From positions 1 to 64,000 of IMG/VR virus record IMGVR_UViG_3300030117_003229: a stretch of DNA of 64,000 bases; one strand, written 5' to 3'. This DNA comes from an uncultured virus (IMG/VR IMGVR_UViG_3300030117_003229) (lineage: Duplodnaviria; Heunggongvirae; Uroviricota; Caudoviricetes). The position numbers were made by a program, and so were the translations under genes. Of the stretch, positions 48,603 through 58,399 are shown in pieces. The notes under the pieces were generated by a model. The model had not been told where the DNA came from and made no database searches. It worked only from the letters and a program-made list of their open reading frames with translations. Numbering within the stretch: position 1 is the first letter of the stretch; the number at the start of each line of letters is the position of its first letter.

Positions 48603-49085
48603 TTAGAATGGTAGGTCATTATCTTTCTTCTTTTGCTCTTCATCAGGCATACTACAAGCAATAAAAAACATTCTAGGTAATAAGTTTTCTATAAGTCCAA
48701 CCCTATCCTGTATTGTTTCATCTGTATGTAAAGGAAAACTACTAACTAACTTAGTAGTATTATTAAAAGCCATTCCCCATTTTATTGCCATATCATTAGA
48801 AGCTGGTTTGCTTTTTGGTTTTGCTTCTGTTGGGCTTACAACATACATTGATCTGCCTTCACCAGTAGGCTTATGTTCAATCTTTACTGTATCTCCTTTG
48901 CTGTAATGCTGTAGCATTTCATGAGCTTTTTCTGATGCAAAATAAGACTTTTCTACACCTTCATGATTTACTCCATATAAATGCCACGGCCCATTCTGGT
49001 TCATGCCAGTTTTAGGTGTATCAAAAAGTAAACTAATTATTACTGATTGATTTTTAGGTATTTCTAATAATGGTCTATCTGCCAT
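48603..49085 (-). CDS. Putative ssDNA-binding protein
   Basis: Beta-rich N-terminus, DNDLPF C-terminus. Confidence 0.5.
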   Translation of the reverse strand: MADRPLLEIPKNQSVIISLLFDTPKTGMNQNGPWHLYGVNHEGVEKSYFASEKAHEMLQHYSKGDTVKIEHKPTGEGRSMYVVSPTEAKPKSKPASNDMAIKWGMAFNNTTKLVSSFPLHTDETIQDRVGLIENLLPRMFFIACSMPDEEQKKKDNDLPF

Positions 49086-49485
49086 TTATTCCTCCTTAGT
49101 GTGTTATGATTTGATAAAATATTCTAATTAACATCATAATACATAAAGGTATTATGACTATTGGTAATTTTTCATCTAACCAATTAAAAATATATTCTAA
49201 TAAAGTATTCATTTTTTCCTCCTTAAATACCTATGTATTAAAAACATTATGTAATGAATTACACCCAATAATAATAACCCATTTAGTAAATACTCACTTA
49301 TGTCTATGATAATCATATATTTAGATCATCATAAATGTTATTAATATTTTCATCTGTTATGTCTATTTTCTTTTCTATCCTGTGCATCCTCCAAAGCATA
49401 CTTAGATTTAATAATAAGATCATCAACATAGTAAACTCCCAGTATGGAAAATACTCTACACTAAATAAAGCCTCCCAGTAATACC

Positions 49486-49719
49486 TCATATCAAACTCAT
49501 TTGGTTTTTATTACCTTCAGGACTTATAGCATAATACTGGCTATATCTTTTTCCATTCAAAGCAACTATTGTTTTTGATCCTATTTGCATACCTTCATTT
49601 TTAAGATCATTGATTCTTGAAGCAAGTCTCATGCAACCAAACATATTAAAAGCATCCAAGCTGGTAAGTTTATTACCATGATTTAAATACTCTTTTATCT
49701 GTTTATTCTGACTCTTCAT
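49486..49719 (-). CDS. Winged HTH protein (HTH_39-like)
   Basis: LTSLDA...FGCMRLASRI.DLK..G..I. Confidence 0.7.
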   Translation of the reverse strand: MKSQNKQIKEYLNHGNKLTSLDAFNMFGCMRLASRINDLKNEGMQIGSKTIVALNGKRYSQYYAISPEGNKNQMSLI

Positions 49720-50128
49720 GTTTACCCTCCTTTATTTCATTTGCTAGTTTAGTAAAATTATCAGATACTTTATAATCATCAAGCATAAGGGCATAATTTT
49801 CTAGTGCCTCCACAATCAAGCCCCTTTCTTCCTGATCAACCCATAAAAGTATTACTGAAGCAGGATCAGATTTAGAGGATGTAGTTGCGGAGTCCCCTTT
49901 GAACTTGGAGGTCTGAACCTGCTCAGTAACTTTTGAAAATCTAGCTACTATCTCATTAATCCTAGTACATAGGGCATTAAAATGTGATAGTCTTTGTGAA
50001 TCTGAATTTAAATCTTCACCTTCTGTAATAGTAAGCAATGAAGATAGTGCATTGAATAGATTTAGGTAATTTGTTTCTAAATCCAAATACTGCTTTTCAG
50101 AATGTTTTTGTAAAAATGGATATGGCAT
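49703..50128 (-). CDS. Hypothetical protein
   Basis: Coupled ORF. Confidence 0.5.
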   Translation of the reverse strand: MPYPFLQKHSEKQYLDLETNYLNLFNALSSLLTITEGEDLNSDSQRLSHFNALCTRINEIVARFSKVTEQVQTSKFKGDSATTSSKSDPASVILLWVDQEERGLIVEALENYALMLDDYKVSDNFTKLANEIKEGKHEESE

Positions 50129-50352
50129 TATTTACCCCCTTCTATTGGTAAACCACCACCATAAGAGTTTAATGCTCTTAAAATTCCTATTTTTGTAGGC
50201 TTTATATCTCTATAAAAAATAGTTCCATGAACATCAACATCATCATTTCTTTTGTATTTTGAAATTGCTTTCTGCGCTTTTTTCTTAGATGTAAAATATT
50301 CATCAAAAGAATCTCCATATCTTTCAGTAACATTTATAAAATAAAATCTCAT
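50128..50352 (-). CDS. Early hypothetical protein
   Basis: GGAGG RBS. Confidence 0.5.
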   Translation of the reverse strand: MRFYFINVTERYGDSFDEYFTSKKKAQKAISKYKRNDDVDVHGTIFYRDIKPTKIGILRALNSYGGGLPIEGGK

Positions 50353-50358
50353 TATAAT

Positions 50359-50823
50359 TTACCTCCTAACTCCAAATGTATTTTTTACTCTTCTAGCAAA
50401 ATCTTTCTTTGTTAGTCTCTCAGCATCTAACTTTCTTCTAGCAACATCTTCTTCTTCTATTTGCTCAAAAAATTCACAAAGTGTTTTCTCATTAACATTG
50501 TTAGTATCAAAAAGTTTTTCTATATGCCTAACATATCTGTTAAAAGTACCTTTTAGATTTTGAAAATTTTTGGTAGTATATACTTGATATTCGTCATCCC
50601 ACCAAATTTCTATATAATATGTTGGATTAACATATTTAGGATTACTATGAACACCCACTTCTGGTTCAAAATCAATATGTTTAAAATCAATGCTAATATC
50701 ATTTACATCTGGTAGATTTAAATCAAATGCTATATATTCACAATCAAATACACTTAAACATTCATCCCATTTTGATCTAGATAAATCTGGATTCCACTTG
50801 TATTGTCCATGTTTAACTTTCAT
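50359..50823 (-). CDS. Early hypothetical protein
   Basis: GGAGG RBS, coupled. Confidence 0.55.
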   Translation of the reverse strand: MKVKHGQYKWNPDLSRSKWDECLSVFDCEYIAFDLNLPDVNDISIDFKHIDFEPEVGVHSNPKYVNPTYYIEIWWDDEYQVYTTKNFQNLKGTFNRYVRHIEKLFDTNNVNEKTLCEFFEQIEEEDVARRKLDAERLTKKDFARRVKNTFGVRR

Positions 50824-51146
50824 TATAATTCCTCCAACATTAAATTAAATTCATTAACTGGTATTTTATACCCTTCTAGCCTGTCCCTTACCTTTAAAAC
50901 TCTAAGATTAGGACAAGCCCCTATCAATGTATCAAAACCTTCTATTTGAGCCTCCTTGACCCTTTTAACAAGATACTGTAAATCATTATCAACTAATACA
51001 TTCCAATCTAATTCTGGATGATCAAATTCAACTTCTACTACATACCTTTCATCTTTTAAACATCCATAGCAAAGGTTTTCTAATACATCCATATCTTCTT
51101 TGGTAAACTTGTTATCACAATGTAAGCAAGTAAAATAACTTTCCAT
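50823..51146 (-). CDS. Early protein with N-terminal Zn finger
   Basis: CLHC...CYGC. Confidence 0.55.
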   Translation of the reverse strand: MESYFTCLHCDNKFTKEDMDVLENLCYGCLKDERYVVEVEFDHPELDWNVLVDNDLQYLVKRVKEAQIEGFDTLIGACPNLRVLKVRDRLEGYKIPVNEFNLMLEEL

Positions 51147-51352
51147 TACTTACCTCCTTCTATTTCCCAGCTTAACCAGTTTTTAAACATTCTTTCAACT
51201 TGAATTGAAGACTTACCTATTACATTTACATTTTTCATTTCTGTTTTATTAACATTTGGATTATGAACCATTGTAAACTTCATATCATTACTTAATGCTC
51301 TCCACCAATGTAAAGATTTTGTTCTTACATCATTTACTTCTATTATTTTCAT
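51146..51352 (-). CDS. Early hypothetical protein
   Basis: GGAGGTAAGTAATG RBS repeat. Confidence 0.55.
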   Translation of the reverse strand: MKIIEVNDVRTKSLHWWRALSNDMKFTMVHNPNVNKTEMKNVNVIGKSSIQVERMFKNWLSWEIEGGK

Positions 51353-51368
51353 TACTTACCTCCTTCTG

Positions 51369-51668
51369 CTATAAGTACATCAATTCTTCATCTGAAGAAT
51401 TATAGGTTTCTAACTGATACTTAGTGTACCTAAAACTGTACCTACCATCTTTAAATGCTTGTTTAAAAAGCTCAAAAAATAAATCACATTCACTTTGATG
51501 AGTAAACCTATATCGAGATGTATATGGTAACTCATTATACCCTTTAGATTTATAAACTTTTGTATATAAAAAGGGATGATATGCCATATCTATTACGCAT
51601 TCCTCAATTAATGATTCTAGTTTCTTATTGTCTTTACTATTTGGAACAACTATATCTACAAATAACAT
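51369..51668 (-). CDS. Early hypothetical protein
   Basis: GGAGGTAAGTAATG RBS repeat. Confidence 0.55.
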   Translation of the reverse strand: MLFVDIVVPNSKDNKKLESLIEECVIDMAYHPFLYTKVYKSKGYNELPYTSRYRFTHQSECDLFFELFKQAFKDGRYSFRYTKYQLETYNSSDEELMYL

Positions 51669-51880
51669 TACTTACCTCCACTTCCTTTCCAAACTGCATT
51701 TTGTATGTAGCTTGTTTGCTGTTCATAAATTTTAGCCATAATTTTACTAACTTGCCTTAGTTCTTTTTTATTATCAAGGGTAATTCCAAGAACTTTAGAA
51801 CCATCTGTTTTTTCAAGCTTTACACTTGTCTCTACAAGCAAGTTATAAATATATAACGCTTCTTTTTTAGTTAATTCCAT
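51668..51880 (-). CDS. First early protein of phage B
   Basis: TTGGAGG RBS downstream of the promoter. Confidence 0.55.
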   Translation of the reverse strand: MELTKKEALYIYNLLVETSVKLEKTDGSKVLGITLDNKKELRQVSKIMAKIYEQQTSYIQNAVWKGSGGK

Positions 51881-51917
51881 TTAAACCTCCAAGTTTGTTT
51901 TTAATATTCACTTTACA

Positions 51918-51946
51918 ATATTACAACCAATAAAATTACCATGCAA
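51918..51946 (-). promoter_or_regulatory. Sigma-70 early promoter of phage B
   Basis: TTGCAT-17-TAATAT. Confidence 0.7.
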
Positions 51947-51987
51947 GGACTTTCTTTAGGGTTAGGTAAGGGTATGTGGAAAGGGGA

Positions 51988-52053
51988 GGCTGGGAAGGTT
52001 TATAGTTGTGAATATAGGATGAAGTTGGAGCGAACACCCTCTTCTCCCCAGCC
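51988..52053. ncRNA. Putative structured intergenic RNA
   Basis: GGCTGGG/CCCAGCC outer stem; minus strand has a TTCACAAC loop and anti-leader segments. Confidence 0.35.
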
Positions 52054-52091
52054 ATAGGGACAAATTTACTATTTTTATTTATATTTTAAAA

Positions 52092-53156
52092 TTAAAATTC
52101 TTCACTTATACTTAAATTAACATTAAACATATTAAATGCAACTTGTTTCATATCTAGTTTGTTTTGATTAAACCTAGCAAACAAGTAAGATCGCTCTGCA
52201 TTGTTTCCTGTATCTGTTGAATCACTAGAAAAAATAAATGGTATCAAATTCCCTTTTGTTCTATTCCAAACATCTGAAACAACTGTATCTTGATCAGCAT
52301 CCTCTGTATCATATTCTACTGGCATTATGTCTGAACTTGCTAAAAAATTAAAATTTAGATCATAAATTATTCTACCTCCATATATTCCGGGAGCATAAGT
52401 AGCGGTTGAAAATGGTGATTTAGAGCGCACATTTTGAAATCTTCTGCCTAAATGAGTAGCATTACCAAATTTTTGACCGCCAACAGATTCTTGAATTTTT
52501 ACACCATCATAGATAATTGTTCTTTTAAGAGAAATCTCTGGATTATGTGGCATTTGATAAGACTCACCTATTAAAATACATCCGATTTTAAGGTCATATA
52601 TACCATCAAAAGATCCATCAGTAGCCGTATCACTTGAGTCTCCATCTTTTCCTTCAAATTGCAAACCCCAATATCTATTGGTACTAGAACTGAATGTAAA
52701 AATAGTTGATCCATCTGTTGCAGGAATTACTACATTGCCACTTACAATATCAGCATTTACTACTTCTGAAACACTTGAAATATCTGTACCACCACTCATA
52801 TCTGCATTATTTACATGACTTTCAGTATTACTACTTTTTACTCGCACTTTTGCTTCAGAACTATCCATGTTATGATTTAAAATTGCAATATAATCACAAT
52901 TAAAAGCATTACTATTTAAATCAATATTTACAAGAACATGATCAGTTCTTGCAGTTGCGTTTTCAGATGTTTCAAACTGACATTGATTCATAGGTCTCAT
53001 ATCAAACAATTCTGGCTCACTTCCAAGATTAAAAGTATTGATAAGGTCTGATCCGCTTATTACATCAAAATTGCCATCTTGTGCAATACCTGATGCCATT
53101 AAAAAATTAATATGATCTGTAAAAAATTTTACTGTTTTAATATCCATGTTAGCCAT
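52092..53156 (-). CDS. Distal tail protein
   Basis: Homolog of 20661..21728. Confidence 0.65.
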   Translation of the reverse strand: MANMDIKTVKFFTDHINFLMASGIAQDGNFDVISGSDLINTFNLGSEPELFDMRPMNQCQFETSENATARTDHVLVNIDLNSNAFNCDYIAILNHNMDSSEAKVRVKSSNTESHVNNADMSGGTDISSVSEVVNADIVSGNVVIPATDGSTIFTFSSSTNRYWGLQFEGKDGDSSDTATDGSFDGIYDLKIGCILIGESYQMPHNPEISLKRTIIYDGVKIQESVGGQKFGNATHLGRRFQNVRSKSPFSTATYAPGIYGGRIIYDLNFNFLASSDIMPVEYDTEDADQDTVVSDVWNRTKGNLIPFIFSSDSTDTGNNAERSYLFARFNQNKLDMKQVAFNMFNVNLSISEEF

Positions 53157-53196
53157 TATGAATCTGCCTTTATTGATTGAATTGTTTTATTTATAC

Positions 53197-55476
53197 TCAT
53201 GATATTTGTCTTGCTGTTACTGATATTTTGCCGATTGTTCGGCCTGTTTTTGTAATCATAAATTCTAAATCGCTCCAGCCATTTGATATTCCAAAGGGAA
53301 TTGATGGATGCATATCTGTATTGTCAAAATTTATTACTGATCCAACTTCTAAATCATAATACTTAGGAGATACGATTGTAAAACTTATTATTAACTTTGG
53401 TGTACCTAATATGTTATGATAATAATTTATAAAAGAATCATTTGGGTTAGTTTGTTCTTGTACATCATTTTGCTCAACCAGATAATCAAGATTGAAAGTT
53501 TTAATATTTTCTAAAGGTTCAATATTATATTTATCTCGATCAGAAGTAACCTCAAAGGTTTCTTGACTTCTGTATTCATCTGTAGCTGGATGTTTTTCAT
53601 AATTTACAATAAACTTTGTAATTAAATCTGAAACTGATGTATGTGAAAGAGATACATTTGATATATCATTTTTAGTAAGCGTTGTTATTTCGCCAGAAGA
53701 ATAACTATCTTTTACATGAATGTATTGAGGTTGAGTTGAATCACCTTGCTTTAATCTATAAATAAAACATCCTTCAAATTGTAATTTTTCTAAAATCTTT
53801 TTAAATGATTGTTCTTTTGTAAAATATAACCTAGCTCCCCAATCACTTCTATCTGTTTCCAATGCAGAAAAACCATCTATATTAGTTGCTGGATTTGTGG
53901 CTACATCTAAACCTGAAAATTTATTTAATAAAGCTAAGTGAATGTTATTAATTGAAGTAATTGCATTTCCAACTAATCCTGTAATTGAATGAGTATCTCC
54001 ATCACTTGCAACATATAATTCTTTTGGAGGTGTTTTAAACGCCCTTGAAGCTGTTACACTTACATCATACACTTTAAAAGTACCAGATAAGGGAACTGAT
54101 CCATCCCCTATAAATATTAAAGCTAATACAATTCTTTTTGTACCAGATGGAAAAGGTATTTTGACAGTATTTAATGTAACATTTGCTTGAAAAGTTAAAT
54201 CTTGAAAATTAGCATTTTCATTTCCAACTACAATTCCAAATTTTGAACCACCGCCAGCAGCGATAACTTCTAACTGATATTTAAGATTTAAAATATTAAA
54301 ATTGGTTGTAGTAAATATTTCATCATTGTCATCATGTGAAATTGCAGTAGTGTTAAATGCTCCTCTAGTTACTGTTAATGTATTGCTACTAATATTTGTA
54401 ACAATCATTATCTCCTCTTTTAACTTAAGAACAGAACCAATAAAAAGATCACTTGCATCATCTATTACAAATGAAGTTTCAGAACTATTAAAACCACCAG
54501 AATCATTTACCAATATAGGATCACCATCTGAATCCTGTAATTTTTTAAAATTTTGATCTTCTTCTGGAGTATCTATATTTAAATAATATGATGCTTGTAT
54601 TATTTGAGATGTATTAAAAGATGCTTGAAAAGATGCAAATGTTGTATCATCACCATCATATACATTTGTTAAATTAGAAACTGTCACTCCTCCATCTACT
54701 GTTATGTTTGTAGTCGAATTTGGAGAAACTTTAAAAATATGTTGTGCTGTTGATTCTATCTTTGCATGGTTAGCGTTGTCTGTTGATACCGTTGAGCCTT
54801 GTGCAGATGTTGTAGGTATAAATACATCAAACTGTTCATTATATACTGCTAACTCTGAATCTGATCCACTTTTTGAAGTTGGATAAATAGAGAAACCATC
54901 TGATAATTTATTATATTCAACTGGTCTATAAGCATACGATGTAAGGCTTGAAACATATTGAGGGGATGCTACTGTTGAAGCAGAATTTTTTGTATAATCT
55001 CCATAAGCAATGGGAACTAGCATTTTGCGATCAGTTGTCTTAACATTAGGTAAAGTTATCAAATCCCACGGCCTATGAGAGTTCATTTTAATGTTTATTG
55101 TATTTCCATTTGTATTAATAGATATAACTCTAAAAGATCCAATTTTTACTGGTGTATCTTCATTAATTTTGCAATGTATTGTACATTCTCTATTAATATA
55201 TTCATTTGTTCCTCCAAATAGTTCTTTGCTTACAGGATCACCTTTATATTCAAAATCTGGTATATTAATAGATATTCCACTTGTCGATGCTGTGCTATTA
55301 GAAAGAGAAATTGTTTCTGATATAGTTGGTCTGTTTAATATAACCCCACTATAATAATTAGAGCTTTCAATAACATCTGCAAATGATAAAAATAAAAAAC
55401 CACTATTGTTATTAGCTAATTTAAAAAGCCAATTTTCTTTTATGTTGCTTAATTTTATTGATGAACCAAAAGCCAT
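53197..55476 (-). CDS. Tail/baseplate protein
   Basis: Follows tape measure; HRPWD, YYHNILG, LEVG motifs shared with phage A. Confidence 0.7.
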   Translation of the reverse strand: MAFGSSIKLSNIKENWLFKLANNNSGFLFLSFADVIESSNYYSGVILNRPTISETISLSNSTASTSGISINIPDFEYKGDPVSKELFGGTNEYINRECTIHCKINEDTPVKIGSFRVISINTNGNTINIKMNSHRPWDLITLPNVKTTDRKMLVPIAYGDYTKNSASTVASPQYVSSLTSYAYRPVEYNKLSDGFSIYPTSKSGSDSELAVYNEQFDVFIPTTSAQGSTVSTDNANHAKIESTAQHIFKVSPNSTTNITVDGGVTVSNLTNVYDGDDTTFASFQASFNTSQIIQASYYLNIDTPEEDQNFKKLQDSDGDPILVNDSGGFNSSETSFVIDDASDLFIGSVLKLKEEIMIVTNISSNTLTVTRGAFNTTAISHDDNDEIFTTTNFNILNLKYQLEVIAAGGGSKFGIVVGNENANFQDLTFQANVTLNTVKIPFPSGTKRIVLALIFIGDGSVPLSGTFKVYDVSVTASRAFKTPPKELYVASDGDTHSITGLVGNAITSINNIHLALLNKFSGLDVATNPATNIDGFSALETDRSDWGARLYFTKEQSFKKILEKLQFEGCFIYRLKQGDSTQPQYIHVKDSYSSGEITTLTKNDISNVSLSHTSVSDLITKFIVNYEKHPATDEYRSQETFEVTSDRDKYNIEPLENIKTFNLDYLVEQNDVQEQTNPNDSFINYYHNILGTPKLIISFTIVSPKYYDLEVGSVINFDNTDMHPSIPFGISNGWSDLEFMITKTGRTIGKISVTARQIS

Positions 55477-55482
55477 TATTTA

Positions 55483-57711
55483 CTAGATAGTAGCACGAAG
55501 TACGGCTCTATTTTCACGAACTGCTGAATTAATTGCTGGTATAATGCTTTCAACTACTGTTTCATCAACCAATGGAGCAGATATATTTACAGTAATATTA
55601 TTTCCCATACCACCAGCAAGGTTTTCTTGCTGTGCTTGATTCAAAATAACTTCACCCGGTGTAAGCATTGCTGGTACTGTATCACTTTGACTAGTATTTA
55701 ATCCAGGTACAATGCCACCTTCTGCAAACCCCAAAGCCCCTGAACCCGCCTTAATTTGAGATATTAAAGAATTTGTCAAAGCTCCTACTGCGGCTATAAC
55801 TAATGGCGCACCTATTACAGCCGCCGGCCCCATTGATGCTAATATTCCAGAAATCATTTTACCACCATCTGCAAGAACACCAGCTATATTTTTACCTGAA
55901 CTAATTAAAAATTCTTTCATAGCAGAAGATTTAGCAGATGCTTCTTTAAGAGCATTGGTTGCGTTTTGAATTGCTACCTCTTGGAATTTATTTTTTATAA
56001 ATGCCTTTGTATGTTCACCAATAAATCTAATTGTAGAATTTTTTACAGCTTCTTCAATTAATATTCTTCTTTCTGCTCCGTGCATATTTGCATCAGTTAA
56101 TGTTTGAATAAACTGATCATGTGCTGAAAGAGTAGCATTATAAAATATATTTTTTTCCTCTAATTCTTTTTTAATGTTTGCTATTTCATCTTCAGTAAGT
56201 TGCCTAGAAATTTGTTTTTTCTTTTCAGCAACATCTTCTTCAAGTTTAATTTCTTGCCCTTTTATGTTTCTTTTAGCATCTAATTGAGCTTGTAATTCAT
56301 CTAATTCACCAAGCAATACTTTTGATCTGGAATTAGCAAATAATTGATCAAAAGCCTCTTGCTCTTTTTGAGTTAATTCAGCACCTTCAACTATATCTTG
56401 GTACATATCTGAAAATAAAAGCCCTATAGCTTCTGTGCTTAAAGCAAATTGACTTTCTAATAATTTTTGCCTAGCAGATATATTCTCACTTAAATCTTTA
56501 AAAGGATTTATTGCATCAAGAAACTTATCACCTAATAATTTTACTCTAGATTCAATATTACTTAAAGCAATAAAAAAAGATTTTTGCATTACCTCAAGAA
56601 TTTGAGGAAGTTGCGTTTTTATTGTTTTAGCTAAATTATCAAAACCTATTTCCCCTAATTTTGCAAATTCTTTATTTACACTTTCTATACTAGGTTGAAT
56701 GATTGTGATTAAAGACTTGCCAATTTCAATCAGTACAGACTGAATACTGTTTTTTAACATAGACATTTGCTGATTGAAGCCACTAGACATTTTATCAAAT
56801 GCTTTTTGAGTAGCCCCTGTTGATTTAGTAGCAAACTCACCTACATTAGTAGTTAATGTTTCAAAGTTTTGAGCCATAGTCTGAATACCTAATATAGCTT
56901 CAACTCTAGGAATAATCTTTTTTAATGTATCTGGATCAACACCTTGAAATTGTTTTATAGTAGAAACTAAATCTAATGTGCCATCGTCAAATCTTTTTAT
57001 TTCTATTCCAGCTTCTTCCATTGCTTTTTTAGAGCTATCTGCTGGTGATTGTAAAGAAACTAATGTTGCCCTTAATGAAGTAGTGGCTTGTGCTGTACTA
57101 ATACCTGATGCTGTAAGGGTAGCCATTGCCGCCCCTACCCCATCTAAACCCAATCCTGCTGATCTAGCGAATGGTAAAACTTGACCTAAACTAGCACTTA
57201 ATTCAGTCATAGTAGTTTTACCAAGTCTTACAGTAGTAAATAATTGATCTGCTACTTTATTAGTATCACTTGCATCAAGACCTAAAGCATTTAATGATGT
57301 TGTAAGAAGATCAGCGGCTTCAGCCACACTTGTAACACCACCAACTGCTAATTCACTAGAAACCCTTAATACTTCTGCACTATCTGACACACTACTAAAT
57401 CCAGCAGAAACAATATCATATTTAGCTTTACTTAATGAATCTAATGCTACCCCAGAACTCATTGCTACAGCCCTAAGTTCCCTAGACATTTTATCTAAAT
57501 CTCTATTTGTAGTTTTTCCTAATAATGTAGATACTTCTAAAAGACTTTTTTGAAAGTCCCCTGCTAACTTTGTAGATAATAAACCAAGTCCAGCAGTCGC
57601 TATCCCAGCTTTTTTTCCTATACTTGTTACTGCTGATCCTACACTTTTTAATGCTCCTGTAGTTTTCTTAGCACCTTTTATACCAACTTTTAATATTAAA
57701 CTTTTAGCCAT
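55483..57711 (-). CDS. Tape measure protein (TP901-type core)
   Basis: YDIVSAG, ADLLT..LNA, TVRLGKTT..EL; C-terminal FAEGG...DTVPAMLTPGE. Confidence 0.85.
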   Translation of the reverse strand: MAKSLILKVGIKGAKKTTGALKSVGSAVTSIGKKAGIATAGLGLLSTKLAGDFQKSLLEVSTLLGKTTNRDLDKMSRELRAVAMSSGVALDSLSKAKYDIVSAGFSSVSDSAEVLRVSSELAVGGVTSVAEAADLLTTSLNALGLDASDTNKVADQLFTTVRLGKTTMTELSASLGQVLPFARSAGLGLDGVGAAMATLTASGISTAQATTSLRATLVSLQSPADSSKKAMEEAGIEIKRFDDGTLDLVSTIKQFQGVDPDTLKKIIPRVEAILGIQTMAQNFETLTTNVGEFATKSTGATQKAFDKMSSGFNQQMSMLKNSIQSVLIEIGKSLITIIQPSIESVNKEFAKLGEIGFDNLAKTIKTQLPQILEVMQKSFFIALSNIESRVKLLGDKFLDAINPFKDLSENISARQKLLESQFALSTEAIGLLFSDMYQDIVEGAELTQKEQEAFDQLFANSRSKVLLGELDELQAQLDAKRNIKGQEIKLEEDVAEKKKQISRQLTEDEIANIKKELEEKNIFYNATLSAHDQFIQTLTDANMHGAERRILIEEAVKNSTIRFIGEHTKAFIKNKFQEVAIQNATNALKEASAKSSAMKEFLISSGKNIAGVLADGGKMISGILASMGPAAVIGAPLVIAAVGALTNSLISQIKAGSGALGFAEGGIVPGLNTSQSDTVPAMLTPGEVILNQAQQENLAGGMGNNITVNISAPLVDETVVESIIPAINSAVRENRAVLRATI

Positions 57712-58093
57712 CTGATTTATGTTTGCTTATATTGTTTATTTCTTGTTCAATTACACCAAAACAATCAAGTTTAAAAGTAGAAATAGAATCAAAGTCTTTT
57801 CCTAAAGGAACATTGTAAGTTGTGGCAAGTTTATATTCTTCTAATATATCCCAAACCCACTTTTTTATATGCTCTTTTGGGTTGCAAAAAAAAGGCATTT
57901 CATAATATAAAGTCTGACCTATCCCAAACTTTTCTACACCTTTTTGATTTAACACTTTTCCTATTTCAGCTTCAACCATTTTATCATTCTCAAAAACAAT
58001 CTTTTTATTGGTTACAGGCGACCGAGCTGTGTAAGGATAATCTAAATGATTATCTGGAAAACCTAGTTGAGTAAACCAGATTGCACACCTCAA
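57704..58093 (-). CDS. Tail assembly chaperone, gpT-like
   Basis: -1 frame from G GGA AAC; PY.A.SP..KK shared with 26488..26886. Confidence 0.7.
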   Translation of the reverse strand: MRCAIWFTQLGFPDNHLDYPYTARSPVTNKKIVFENDKMVEAEIGKVLNQKGVEKFGIGQTLYYEMPFFCNPKEHIKKWVWDILEEYKLATTYNVPLGKDFDSISTFKLDCFGVIEQEINNISKHKSDG

Positions 58094-58380
58094 TCGCCAG
58101 TAGGGTTTCCCATTTCAAGACCCATATATGCAACTATTATTGCTGTTAAAACTTCATCTTCCTGCAAAGCATTTAAACCAATTAGCTTTTCTTCTGCTTT
58201 TTTATCATCTCCAAAAGCTATTAAAGTAAATTCATCTGCTAAGTCATGAAGTGCCTCATTTTTCATAGGGTCTTTTTCATCCATTGCAAATATTGTTTTT
58301 ACTTTTTTATAGTGATCTCTTCTTTGCTTTCTAGTAATGTCATTTATTTCAAACTCACCATGTGATGTCTCAACTATCAT
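58090..58380 (-). CDS. Tail assembly chaperone, gpG-like
   Basis: Position; homology to 26886..27152. Confidence 0.75.
   Translation of the reverse strand: MIVETSHGEFEINDITRKQRRDHYKKVKTIFAMDEKDPMKNEALHDLADEFTLIAFGDDKKAEEKLIGLNALQEDEVLTAIIVAYMGLEMGNPTGD
58105..58111 (-). other. -1 frameshift slippery site GGGAAAC
   Basis: ATG GGA AAC near the TAC end; -1 frame reads YWRLRCAIW. Confidence 0.8.
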
Positions 58381-58399
58381 AATATTCCTCCCTATTATT

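Noticed and set aside
49137..49163. dif-like CATAA...TTATG in phage B
   Set aside because: Spacer is 5 nt, the arms match poorly, and it lies inside a small ORF.
51958..51998. G-quadruplex from G runs
   Set aside because: Irregular runs and loops, partly explained by the hairpin arm; no supporting evidence.
44300..52090. Hammerheads or tRNAs in phage B
   Set aside because: No intergenic CUGANGA/GAAA core with three stems and no cloverleaf found by eye; a covariance search was not run.
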